A DNA stretch of 64,000 bases from Chrysomallon squamiferum (lineage: Eukaryota; Animalia; Mollusca), in assembly GCA_012295275.1 (NCBI GenBank), contig CM022679.1:24056001-24120000 (forward strand), given 5' to 3'. The position numbers and the translations under genes were made by a program. This document shows, one piece after another, positions 12,757 through 27,100 of this stretch. The notes beneath the pieces were generated by a model. That model was not told where the DNA came from. It did no database searches and saw nothing but the letters and a program-made list of their open reading frames with translations. Position 1 is the first letter of the stretch; the number at the start of each line of letters is the position of its first letter.

Positions 12757-13490
12757 TGACTCTTAAAAGTATCAGTTTGCGCATTTCATCAATTAAGAAA
12801 GTAATGTTGTCGGAGCAGTAAACAACACAAAAGAAGATATGCTTCAAGATTATTTCTTATTCACAGAAAATCAAAGAACATATTTAAATATTGGTAGAAG
12901 AGCCCTTCAGTTAGATGGATGTATTGTTAGAATCTCAGAATAAGGAATAATTCGGAAAGACATCATTACGTACAACAACAGACACAAGTGTCATTCTTCT
13001 GTTCATCCACTCTGAATATCAGATTATTTGTCATTAATAATAATGACTTTAACCAAAACATTTCCGCAGAAGTAATTCAATATAGATTATTACTTTTAAC
13101 TAATTCTCTCGACGTCTGGGAAATAGAAATTCAACATTTGTGTCCAGAACTTGTCTATATTGCATCAATTACCACTGACTAAGATACAATTTGAATAGCA
13201 TAATTATAAGATTTGAGGATACTGCAGTAATTACAGCGAATCAAGCTGATAACTGTTTCTGTCTAAGCAAGAAGTGGCTGTCTGAGACATTAATAATGCA
13301 GAGGTCATCAAATAGCAATGCACGTGTCCACGATTTTCAAGATACTGCTTTCTAGTCGATGAACTTCAGTTGATTAGTAGTAGTTAGACGTATGTAGGCC
13401 AACATTCAAATAGGTGTTCTTTGTGAAAGTTTATCTTTCTTTATTTGTTTTTTTTTTATGTTCTTCTTCTTCTTCTTCTTCTACTTATTG

Positions 13491-13565
<75 letters not shown>

Positions 13566-14451
13566 GTGGTAGTAGCATTATAATATTTTATTTATTTATT
13601 ATTTTCTTTTTTATAATTATTATATTATTTTTATTTTATTTTTATAATTCTGATGTTTCCAGGTTTGGACCAAACTCAACCTATTTACTTACATGTTCTT
13701 ATTATTTTAACATGCTTGGTAAAAAAAATCAAAAAATCAAAAAATACTGAGGAAAAGCGATAGATTGTATTTCAACACACAATACTGAAAAATATTTTTT
13801 TTTTTATAACCTTTATTAAATAAGAATATCTAATTCTTTAGTAGTTTTTTGTTTCCTTTTTGATGTTTGTTTGTTTTAACCTTCTTTTAAACTAAATCTA
13901 ACATCCAGTTCCAGGAGAACTATAAATATACACTCATTTACTTATTCTAATATTCACTGATGACTCATACCTGTGTTTCACTAATTACTTTTGTCACCGC
14001 CTCAGGACGGCTATAAAACACATTCTATTAAATCAGCTGAGCTATGAATTACTAAAATGAATGGTACTGCCTTTTATCAGCATTTAGTACTACATCTGTT
14101 TAAAAAATATTGTGCCAACAACCATGTTAATATGGTAGTTTACTATTATTACTACTACTACTACTGTAACTACTACTCCTACTACTACCCACTACTACTA
14201 TTACATTACTACTACTATACTACTATTACTACAATATAATATATTCTCTGAAGAAGTTAATAGCAATTTTTATATATATGATCTCAACAATTCTAAAAAA
14301 TTGAGTACAATTCTGTGTATATTCTCTATAAAACTGTTTAAGTACAACTATCTAGCTATTATCTATAACATTATAGCTTGAGTAATAATTCCCTGTATAC
14401 TCTCTGTAACACCATAACTTTAGAAACACTACAATTTGAATACAATTATAT

Positions 14452-14521
14452 ATGAAAATAGATGGATCGATGAAGAAATGGAAAACATGAAAATAGATGG
14501 ATCGACGAAGAAATGGAAAAC
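14452..14521. repeat. 35-bp tandem duplication
   Basis: atgaaaatagatggatcga(t/c)gaagaaatggaaaac x2, one mismatch. Confidence 0.9.
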
Positions 14522-14558
14522 AGGATATTTCTATATATTTCAATTTACTAATATATAC

Positions 14559-14697
<139 letters not shown>

Positions 14698-16300
14698 AAC
14701 TCAGTTTATCTTTATCAATTACCTCTATTTATAACTAGCATGGCGTTTTTGAACTCTAGTTTATCAAAGGACTAGGGAGCGTGGGTTTAATTTAAATAAT
14801 CAAAATAAATGTAGGTTTAAAGTCTTTGTAAGTACATTGGTAATCCATTGTTAATGCTTGAGAATGATCCATTATTTATACATTTGTGGTAAGGATATTG
14901 GTATTTTGCGTGTTTTGGCATCAGTCGTACTTATGCCTCGGCTTAATTTCCACTACAAACAGACAGCCATATTGGGTTTAACTGGTGCTTATGACACTGA
15001 TCCGCTATGTATGTTAAGGAGAGCAGAGATCGACTGGTTCTCGTAGGTGTGAAAGCTACTTCACTGTTTCACAAGGCTTTATTGGCACTGTTATTAATCA
15101 TATTTTTATTAAGAAGCTTAGGTGAGAAATATTTGTTTTTCACTCAAACATATACACATATATTGTTAAGAAGTAATTTTAATTTTTATATATTAAAACA
15201 GATTCCGTTCATTCATTTCTCATGATTTTGTTTTTGTTTTACCTCTATGGGAAGCTAAGTGTAAAATATTCTTTGTTGCTAATCGCCAAAATTAGCCCAA
15301 GAACTAGCAGTAACGAATTTCTTCTTTAATAACTGGCTAATTTCTAATCGTATATTTAACACATAATGAAAGTAATAAAAGACGATACTGAAAGTGATGC
15401 CTGTGATCTTAGTAATGATAGCGACTGTGATGTTGTTATGATGATGATGAAGATAATGATTCTTCTTCTTCTTCTTCTACTTATTATTAATATTATTATT
15501 ATTATTATTATTATGATGATGATGATGATGATGATGATGATGGTGATGTTATTTTTAAAGTAATTATAATCTAAATAATAGTCATGTTATAATAATGAAT
15601 TTTAATGAGGCTAATAAAGCTGTCGTGAATATGACAAGAACGTTAATGATGATAACGATAACACAAACAACAACAACAGCAGCAGCAGCAACATTTATAC
15701 GATGAAAAAGACAGTGTTGACGACGATAATGATACAGATTACTCTTAAAAGTTCCTACGGCATTGAACAATTGAATTAACAGAGAGCAGAGACTTGATTA
15801 TAACACCGTCTTGTAACTGCAGCAGCCCAAAAAAGATCGATTAGTCTTTTAACCTCGTATTTTGTTTCTGTTCGTGTCAGATTCTTACCTGCTGCCGAAC
15901 GCTCTACGTCTAAAAAGAAAATTACGACTGTCTCTCGAGGCAGGACCGAGAATTATCGTTCCTTGAATCATCTCGAGGGAATGATTTTCTATGCTAGTAA
16001 ATGTCAACGCTGTGAGTGAGCGAAAGAGCTTGGTGCACAGTTTGTAAAGCAGCGAGGTGTATACTGACTGACAGAAAGTATGACAGCAATAATGCACTGA
16101 ATGTTATTAAGCTGTGTATTTTATTTTGTTAAATAATTCTGACAAGTGTTATGACAATCAAGGTTTGAAAGGTCCTATTACATTCTGTTTTCAACCTTAA
16201 TTCCAGAACATCGACACATATTTCGATGCAGTTTGGTCTACGTATATTATTTTTTGCTTCAAATACTATATACATTTTATATCTCATTAATTATTCTGAA

Positions 16301-16353
<53 letters not shown>

Positions 16354-19300
16354 TAATAATAATAATAATAATAATATCAATCTATCTCTCCATCTATCTA
16401 TCTAGCTTGTATATATCTATCTATATTAAATAAGTAAATAAATAAATATATATATATAGATACACATAAAAAACCCAGTATTAATAAAAAAGTAAAAACG
16501 TCGACTTAGCGTAAATTCGACTTAAGCCTCTTATATTTAAGCGCTGTTTGCAGTAATTAATCAGCTGCTTCGCTTTATTAACTATGTATCGAATAAATCT
16601 CCTGTGTTTTACATTATTTACATTTGTTAACTCTGTCGAAACTTGTTTTACATCTTTCTTTTCTTTCTTTTTTTCACCTGTTATTAATAAATACTGAATA
16701 CAAATAAGAAAAGAAAAAAAAGAAAGAAAAAAAAAAAAAAAAAAAAAAAGCGACAGACACACAGACAAACAGAAACATCAAAGGGAAACAATAACCATTC
16801 TTCCGTTATAACGCCACGAACATCGGCGATAATTTCTGGTCGAATTGTAATTAATGTGGTTACCAACGACGCCGTTTGCTTTGAAACCATGGCAACCGTA
16901 AGCAAGGAGCGGCGTTCTTACCCCGCGCAAAATCAGCCATCTGTGACACCATGTCTATTTCCTCTAGAGACAACTCATTAAATTCCCTGTAGATATTTCA
17001 GGAAAAGCCGCAGGCTGGGGACTGTTCCCATGAATTAATAATGATAAGTACTGATAATCTTCGGACGTTTCAGTTGTCAAAACAGTGTATTTGCTAACAG
17101 TGCCGGCCAAATGAACTTTTGAGAAGCGAGCGGTTTTCAGCCCATAAAAGCCGGCACCCCCTGCAACGACAGTTTAGCAATTAACACATGCGATTGGGAT
17201 TGTGGATCGACTGGTGCAGCTGCGCTTCCACAAGAACAATAGTGAGAAAATGAGTTTGTAGCCTGAAGGTCGCTGGAAAAAAACGTATGAATTCAGATTA
17301 AAGCATATGATTTGTCATCGATTGTACAAGTACAAGATGAGATGCTGAAGAACAGTGTAAATATGTTCTGATAGTATTATACCGTACGTATATAATACAC
17401 ACAGTAAATGTATGTGTACGTCAAATATAAACATACATAAATGCATACATACATATGTACATACATGCATGCATGCATACATACATACATACATACATAC
17501 ATACGCACATACATACATATGTTATTATATATGTATATACATTATGTACATACATATGTACATACATATTTACATAAATACACAAATACAGATGTTCAAA
17601 CATACTTACATATATACATAAACAAATAAACACATACACAATGATATATATATTTTGACAAACAGAAAATATTAAAATAAAACAAATTCTCTGTGCAATA
17701 TGATTTTTTTTTTTTTTTTTTGGAAAAGCTCGTTTTATGTTCCCGCAGATAATAAATAAAAGCTATTTGAAGCGGTGTAAACATAGACTTTTAACTGGGA
17801 GCAAATGCATGTACTGAATTTTTTTTTTTTTTTTTTTTTATTTTTTTTTTTTTTTTTTCTTCCACAACACAATTTGTACCTTGCTTAATCTTCGACACAT
17901 TAAAATATGAGATTACAGCAGACAGCATTTGAGACGATAATGTGCTTACAGACCGTAAAGCCATTTCAGTCGGTCCTGCAATTGTTGAAAAGCGTCGTTA
18001 GGCTGGGCGGTGTGATATATATTTACAAACTGCACTCTAAATAAAGACATTTATTGCCAACCAATTCTTCTAGCACTGACACTTTGGAAGCTTATTTCGG
18101 ATACTTCTTCGATAGCCATGGTTATTTCGTCTCACGCTATTTATGTTCTGGCGTGATTAACCGAGACCCTGGCACTTAGATATGGCGAGAAATCATTTCT
18201 TTTGATGTCGGTTGTACATATATTTGGAATCGCAGAGTCATACATTACTGTACAATTCTTTCGCTTCGCTGGATGACATTGTTCCAAAGCGCACAGCATC
18301 AAATTTGTTCATTAATCTTCAGTGTGGAAATTAGTGTTTGTCAAAAGTGCTTAGAAACGATACAGACATGTATATTGTCAGGGGTGACCTGAATGTAATG
18401 TGTCTAGCATTGGTAATGTCTGTGGGTGATTTAGAATATATCGTTCACTGAAGGAATCATTTAGATAACTCTAGCAGTCCTAACTATTTCACAAAAAGAG
18501 TGTAATAAATTGATTTCCTTTGTATATTTACGTCTTTCCAGAACGAACCTAAAGGAACAAAAAAATGTGAGTGTACTGGACATTGCATGGTACTATCATA
18601 TTAAATTTTCATAGGAAATGCAGAACACATAATTTAAATAAATATAAATATTTGCCATGGTTTATTTGACTGTAAATAATACCTTCAACCTTATGTTTGC
18701 TAGACTACATTCATCTGACTCACGAATGCATACATTTGACTAAACATTCAAATTATAAGTGATGATGGTAATATGATACGCCGCGTTAAAATAGGCAATG
18801 CCTTGCTACGTGCACATACAGAGAGAGAGACAGTCAGACGTACAACTGGTAAGCAAACACCACGCAGTTTCAGGATCCAACACAGCTTCGCTCATTAAAT
18901 CATCTGTTTACCTTTTTTTATTCTTTCTTATGTATGTAACGATGTTTAAATTATACACCATGCAGGTTTTGTAATATATGTTGCAGTTTTCGTGTATCAT
19001 GTTCTCACGGACAACTTACTTAGCTTAATTTATTAGAATATATATATATACGCCGAAGTAAACTGCAAAGGAAAAGAAAAAATTGAAGATATACGCCAGG
19101 AAAGAAACTGATAAAATCGACACGGGAGTTACTGTCACAAAAGCGGCATTAAATATTCTGGTGCAGCTGAATGCTGTACATTATCCGAGGTCTTCTTGTG
19201 TTGCGAATGAATATTAATCAAATGAAATTATCTAATGCCACATGTTTATTTATTACTGCACTTTGATAGCGTACGACATAACGTTTTAAAATGGAACAGT

Positions 19301-22300
19301 TTGGATAGATAAAGAAAAAAAAAAAATTAACTAAATGGATAGAACGACAACAAAACAAAAACATTAAGAAATCAGATATAAATTGAATTAAATTAAAGTC
19401 AGTTAAATACGATGCACATTTTTTTTCTTGCATGTTTTTATTATTTTCATTTTAATAACTTGTTTATCTACATTACATTATCAGTGTATCAATGTTAAAT
19501 AAAACATCCTGTTTACTTTCGTGTTTGTCTTTCTTTAAATGAAAATCTCTTTTATCAGTGTATGTATACATTTTATGTCTGATCTCTATCTGTCACTTTA
19601 GTTTCTTTTTGTCAGTAAGTCTTTTTATTTCTTTCTTTCCTTATTCTTTCTTCTTTTCTTCTTTTCTTTCATTCATTTATTTCTTTCTCAGCCTTTCTTC
19701 TTATATTTATTCTCTTCATTTCTCTCTAATATCGTAATATGATTCTTATACAAATCATCTGTATCAGTGTGGTGTTCCTAGCAGAGTGAAGATGAGGAAA
19801 TTTGAATTGCGTGTTACATGAACATTAACACAGTGGTCAGGTAATGACCAACACTAAGGAGAATAAGTCATAAATCTTCTGGTCACGCGAGATCTCATTC
19901 ACAGAGGCTGGTCGTAAATCGGTATTTAACCCACTTTTTGCATGTAGCATTGTCCTCCGACAAACAGACAAGTGAGAAATCTTCATGGATGAACAGCACT
20001 TTTAAGTGGGAAACAATTGCCGAATATAGAAGGAAGCTGTTTATGTGTCTATTCTTGAACAAATATACGACGTCCGTTTGTCAAAATATCCCTATACATA
20101 CATACGTACGTACGTACATACAAAAAACACATATACTTGCATAAGTACATATATAGATACTTACATACGTATAAACACATACCGATGTATAAATGCATTC
20201 ACACATGCACAACTGCACGCATCCATGCACACATATACATACATGTGCATTCATTCATGCCTCTCTATGTATGTATATATGTGTGAATGCATGTGTCATT
20301 GTGTGTATGTGCATGTATGTGTTTGCGTCTGTACATACGAACATAAGCGCTTAGATATTCGTAGTATATTGTATTAATTTTGTTCTTTTTTAAGAAAATA
20401 ATAAGCAACAAGTAATCAGTAATTTCGCGAAATGACTAGTTTACGTAGACTACTTTTTAACACTACCATTCTGCAAATATAAAACAAAAATAAAGCAAAA
20501 GATATTCATTTCGGAATAGAAATAATTACTTAAGACGTGAGGTATTTTGTCGCTATGAGATTCCAAACGCGACCATAATCCTTTAAAACGCTATGTAAAA
20601 ATGAACCTAATATCATAGAACATATTGGCTTTAATAGATTATGTCTCGGATTACGGATGTATCCATGGAAACAAACTATTAAATAATTTCTCTGTTTTTG
20701 TCTCTTTTTTTTTTACAGGAGGAAGAAGAAAAGAATGGATCCTAGTTAGAAACAAACGTATTATTATGTAAATTATTGTCAATAATAATCCACGTAGGAA
20801 ATCCTCTTAAGTTTCACATTAAATGATTAGGTAAAGTCGATTATTTGTAAGTATTGGAAATGTGAAATGTGAGTTTGTGCGGAGGTTAGGGGATACTGCT
20901 GTTGGTGTGAATGAATGCTATAAAATAAATAAATATCAGAAAATATTTATATACAATAATAACAACAACAGAAAGTTATATGAATAAATAAATAAAGAAA
21001 TAAATAAAAAAAAAAAAATAAAAAAAAAAAAATAAAAAAAAGAAAAAAAAAAAAAAAATGAAAAGAAAAATAAAATAAAAAAACATAAATAAAGAAATAA
21101 AGAAATCATAATAAAAAAATGTAAACATTAAAACACACAGATACATACATACTTATATATACATAATTATTCATGAATTCTTCACTCTTTTGCATTTAAA
21201 AAAAAAAATATATATATATATTTGAAATTCTTTTAAAAATACAATATATATATATATACACTTTTTGTTATTTTTTAAGTAAAATATTTATTTTAAAACG
21301 ATTATTGGAAAGGCGTTTGTTTGTGTAAGCGTATGTGTTTGTGTCTGTAATGTGTGTGTACGTTTACATAGAAAATCGAATTTGGCTTTACACCAACAAA
21401 TTTCACTGATGTTTAGTTTACAGCACACTTTCTTTCCTTTTTTTTCCCCCCTCTTTATTTTATATCAGAACACGCTTTACACAATACGTCATCAATTAAA
21501 CAAGAATCTCTCCATTTCCCTCCAGATCTCTCAGGTGTGTGTGAAAACACGTGATCGCACGAGAACAACCTTTTGCTGGTTGTGTTATCAGCAAAGTGTG
21601 AGACGATCCAGCCACGACGCCATAGGGCACAGCGTTGCTGCCAACGTCGATGACGGCGGGGGCCTATTTTCGATCAAAGCGAAAGCCACACGAAGATGTC
21701 CGCGAGGGAAAACAAGGGTAGATGGATGGGGAGATAGAGAAACGAGAAACAGAGAAGAAGATGAACTAATTTGGTTCCTCTGTCAACACAAGTAATGAGA
21801 AAGCCGGCTAGAAAGTAAAGTGCTAGAAGGAAATATAATTTCCAAGATGAAATGAAAATTTTTTTTTCTTTCTTTCTTTCGTTTTTCAAACAAACAGAAA
21901 AATAAAAGAAAGAGACGGAAATAAAAAAAAAAAAAAATCGTTGTTTCTCTGTGGTTTCTGTTTGACAGTGATGTTATTTTGAAAAGCCACACGATATCTT
22001 CCTATTTTTTAAAACATTTTTTTTATTTTTTTTTTTTTTTTTTAGAAAGAAAAAAAAAAACACGTAAAAATTAAATTGTGAAGTACTGATTCAGGTAAAG
22101 GATGTGTAAAATTATTACTGTTCTCTGCAGGCGGTAATGGGTAAGTGAAAAGGAAACTTCGAATTACATTTATAAAAAAAACAAGTGAACACACACAGTT
22201 TAACATCATAATCGTGGTTTTATGTGCACACGGATTTGTTCGTGATTTTTGTTAATGTTTATACATGTGCCTTTTGGTGCGTATTTGTGAGTCTATAAAT

Positions 22301-23590
22301 GTCTGTTTTCCTCGTTATGTTTTCCTTGATCAAAAGGCGTCTTAATCCCAAATGAAGTTCATAGCAATAGATACATAATATATATATTTCAAGTATGTGT
22401 GTGTACTTGTGGGTATTTGTATGTGTGAGACTTTGCGTATGTCTGTCTGTATACACAATGGCAGTTTCATATATCGTTCTCTCTCATACGCTCGTACAAC
22501 ACATACACACAAACAATTTCCCACACACCCACATATTTCTTAACTTCTATCTATTGTCAATCCAGGAACACTAAGATATCTGTTAATCATTATAATTCTG
22601 TTTCAATCATCGTCCTGTTCCAGGTTCTCTGCTTATCCTGATCAGTTTCGTGGAGAGAGGAACACAGAGAGAATTATTCCATGTTTGTTTTGAGATTTTA
22701 TCCCGGCATGCAATCTATGTGTTCTGTTACTCAGATATCTCAACACACGTGGTATGACATACTCGAATCACTCCGCGCCTTGTGTGATACTTCAGATAAC
22801 AAGAAATTCGTGCAGAAAGTGCGATCGGCAAGAATTCGTGGCGCAATGAGTAAGTCATCGTCTTTTAGACCGTAGTATTCTGGGATCGCATACATGTAAC
22901 CTAGACTAACTCTCTGTTCTCTCTAACTAATATCCTTACAGATTAGAATACAGTCTTAGGTGTTTGGGTCGTGAACAGTTCTTGCTGTTACCCACAGCTA
23001 ACTGGATGTAGTAGGTGAAAGATTACTATAACACATTAATTATAACGCTGACTTGGTCTGACAAGGCTATCTGTACAATGGAGAATTAACTGGGGAGGAG
23101 TAACCCAGGACTCTTAAACATTCACGTACTTTTGGTTAGAGAAGCTACAAAGCCTACTATGCAGATTTAATAACAATAAGAACATTTAACCTTCATCTAT
23201 AAAACTTACCTGCTAATAATAATTGTTCTGACATTAACTATGCGAACAACCCATGGTTCTGAATAATCTTTCTAACAGTGGTACTTGAATCATGAGAAAC
23301 ATGTTTCATATGTTTGTTTAAATAGGATTAACTGACAAAGGCATGTTCTAATTAAAACTGTTCATCGGGTCAAGAGACATTAATAATCTTTAATATACTT
23401 GAGAAAAAAAAAATCACTCTAAAATTAGATATTTCAGCAGACGTTAATTTGTTTCGTCAAACAGCAGTTTCACTGTAAGTCATCACCGTCTCAGCGATGC
23501 TTATTTTGTCTTCACTTTAATAATACAAGAAACAGCAAGAAGAAATGAAAACCGAACAAAAAAAAAAATGTCGTTCTTTAACTTTTTCTG

Positions 23591-23655
23591 CTTTCCTGAC
23601 TTTTATTTTTTCTTTCCTGACTTTTATTTTTTCTTTCCTGACTTTTATTTTTTTC
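23591..23655. repeat. 21-bp tandem repeat x3
   Basis: Unit tttcctgacttttattttttc. Confidence 0.85.
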
Positions 23656-23819
23656 TTTCCTTCCTATCTTCCTTCCAATCTTTTTCTTCTTTCCTTTATT
23701 TCCTTCTGCTTTTTCTTCTTTCCTTTATTTCCTTTTGCTTTTTTCTTGCTTCCTTCCTTAGTTTGTTTATTTGTTTGACTGATTCTGTTTTCATCACTCG
23801 CTATTTCTTTAAGGAAGAT

Positions 23820-24060
23820 ATTGAAGTTCATTGGTAAAAAGCAGGGTTATGGATGGTAGGTGTCAGGATCAATCCTTCCCAAGGAACTCGTCGGGCTTTT
23901 TCCCTTTCTTGTATATTGGAAGGTACACAGAAAAGGTGATTTCTTGCTTACCAGTAAAAACAATCCCCGGAGTGATAGTGACATAGCTTATATTCTCTTG
24001 TCAGTAAAGAGTAACTGTTAATATTAATATGCACTTAAAACAAATATTCATTTATCATTT
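23820..24060 (+). mobile_element. Decayed tRNA-derived SINE fragment (mollusc-type)
   Basis: Degenerate A-box-like gaagttcattggtaaa and B-box-like ggatcaatcc, then gggcttttccctttc and ggaaggtacacagaaaagg..tttcttgct. These are collinear with a common gastropod SINE body recalled from memory (not database-checked). An AT-rich/(TTA)n tail follows. Confidence 0.5.
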
Positions 24061-24096
24061 ATTATTTCTCGTGTTTTCTTTTTATATCTTTCTTCC

Positions 24097-24162
<66 letters not shown>

Positions 24163-27100
24163 GTTTATTTATTAATTATTTTATTTATTTATTTATTTAT
24201 TTATTTCCTAAATTCTCTAGTTCTCCAACTGAATGGTACACGATCTCAGAATGTTCTCCTGAAGGCTGCTCGCAGTCGCTAACAGTGTTACGTACGTCGT
24301 ATGTGTAAGCAGGTTCTGTCCGTGTCATTCAAACATAATCAGTTTCTAAAAGAGGATCTTAAATTAAAACGCGTCTGTTACGTTGTAATCTAATCTCCAC
24401 TTGAAACACGTCCGACGAACGCAGCCAGACGAAAAATGCCTTTGATTCCGAGTAGGTGTTTAACGTAAGAAGTTCTTGTCACTTCGGTTTTAATGACATA
24501 GGAAACCATCCGTACACGGCTTAAGTGTATGTTTACAAATTTTCAACAAGAAGAAAGATCATCGTGTAAAACCTTACGTAGCTTCCTTGCCAACATTATC
24601 AAAGTCGATCAGAAAATAAAACGTAAAATGCCACAACACTTAACCTTGTGCTTGAGTGTATGTATGTTAATGGATAGCGTGTATCACATGAAAGATAAAA
24701 TACCAGAAACAAGTTCTTTTTTTTTTTCTTATAAAAGGGGTAGGTCAGCAGGGATTAGAGGGTAAGGCTGGGGGAATGGCTGATGAGGATGTCGCAGCAT
24801 GTGACTGTCATACGTCACACTTGATGTCACACTTCATCCTATGTGTATGTGAAAAGACACGAACCACAAAAACGTTTGTAGCGTAATGTAAATCTCTGGA
24901 AACCACAGACGTCTTGTGTTATTCCCTGTAACTATATCCATGTTATTCCGGGTTTAAATAAATAAATAAATGAATGAATGAATGAATGAAAGAATAAACC
25001 AAATAATTAAAGAATGAATAAACAAAAACCTACAAACAGATAACCAAACACATACGTATTCCACATAATGTCATACAAATACATACACGTGCATGCGGTA
25101 CCAAACACGTGCATGTATTTTGACATTATTATTATTATTATTATTATTAGTTGCTGTTGTTGTTGTTGTTGTTTTACAAGTATATATATATATACGTATA
25201 TATAATTTAGTAATATATTATAGCATTTGTTTTAATATATTTTATCATGGTGGTGTAGAAAAATACATATGTTATTAACTACTTACTGAATATTAGTGTT
25301 TAAGGACCTCTTGCTGTGTCACACCATTGATATTCATCTATATGTAAATATGACAGCTGTGACTAATCATTCAAATTTTATATTCATCCATTCATACGCT
25401 TCGTAACCGAATCTTAATACCTCACTTTTGATCTCGTTTATTGCAACTTACCACTTGTCATAGCTCATCGTTAATTCTACACTACCGATCATCTTCAAAA
25501 CTTTGCATCATGAATAATTTAATACGTTATTTGAGAAGTGAAGCTTGTGCGAAATAAACGTATGAAATTTTTTTTATTTTTCTCTATGCACTCGATGTAC
25601 CCTCACACACGGGATCTCCTCCCCATAGGGGGTCCATCTCCGGCGAAACGACGTGACCTACGTACATCGTAGATGTTTGATAACAACATAATAGCAGCGA
25701 CGTGCTCCGTGAATCGTTAACGTTTCTTGTACCGTGTGGGGTTTGACGTTATGAATGAGTTAAACTGTGTCTTGCTGGGATGATAAGAATATAGAAAAAA
25801 GAAGAAGACGAGAGTGAAGGCGGATAAATAAAAAAAAATAATAAACGTTCAGGCAATTATAACGCAATGTCGGACCAAACAGGATGTCTGAACAGCGGAG
25901 ATGTTTTCCTTTATTGTCATAAGATTGATCTTTTCCCAGTGTCCCCTGCAGGGTAAAAGGGATCGTTTTCAGGTTTCAGAATTTAATTTTAGATAATCAC
26001 CTTCAATAATTGTATGTAATAGTATTTATAATTTCGTTTACCCTTGACTGTCTGAAGTAAATTAGGCCTATCGGTTCTGGTAGCATACACCCATCATCTT
26101 ACTTACTTTAAAATGTATATATTCATTTGTTTCTTGTGACAGGACGTTTAAGAGAATATATCATGAATATTGAAGAAATATTAATTTTGTCTCTTCCTAA
26201 ATGCTCACATAAATAAATACCAATCTGCCTTCATATCTACCTATGTAACTGAACACACACAAACATACGAACACATATATTTGCATACATAAATATATAC
26301 ATATAAACATGAAAACATACAGAAACACACGCACACACATATATATATATACATGTTCTTACATACATACATGCATACATATATACATGCATACATGTAT
26401 TTATGCATACCATATAAATCATATAAATACCCCACATACATACAATTACATACCTACCTACCTACCTCTATATCTACCTACCTCTCTTTGTCTCTACCTA
26501 ATTACATACATACATAATATCCATCCATCCATGCATCTGTATATTCTTTGCTTACCCTTTTAGCAACGTTAGACTCTCTATATTATACTCCCAACTGCTT
26601 AAAAATAAACAAACATTTGGCATGTTTTCAAGTACAAAAAATAAGAAAAAAATCGGAGTTTATTTTATATCTTTTATTTAGATTCTTGAAGTAAACACAG
26701 TGTAATACAATATATAAACATTGAAAAATGGATGTGTTACAAAGAAAGGAAAAGAAATGAGAAAGAGGAAGAAGAAGAAAAAAAAGAGGTAGAGAAAGAG
26801 TTACAAAACAGCTGAGATAAAAGTGAGTATATCTTTGAAAGAGAGAAAAAAAATCACCATAATTTTACGCCATGATTATGAATGTTTGATTGTAGCCATT
26901 TCGATTCGCCGTGCTGTCAGATGTTTTAGGTTTCTGTCGAGATGCACACAGAGATAGCCAGTCCAAGTCTAAATAGTTTAGACAGGAAAAGCCGATAGTG
27001 ATCGGGCATAGAGCAATTACCATATCCCGCGTACATCTTCATAGACTATACAATATTCACTGTTATTGAACAAGACTGGGCATGGGACGCTACTTTCATC

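Noticed and set aside
21352-21795. 147-aa ORF
   Set aside because: Non-ATG start, no recognisable domain and partly low complexity; more likely a non-coding island.
22081-22106. Resemblance to mature miR-8 (tactgattcaggtaaaggatgt)
   Set aside because: Seed mismatch, indels and no complementary 5' arm.
23204-23212. Perfect minus-strand donor CAG|GTAAGT
   Set aside because: No convincing partner acceptor or coding frame; isolated sites are expected by chance.
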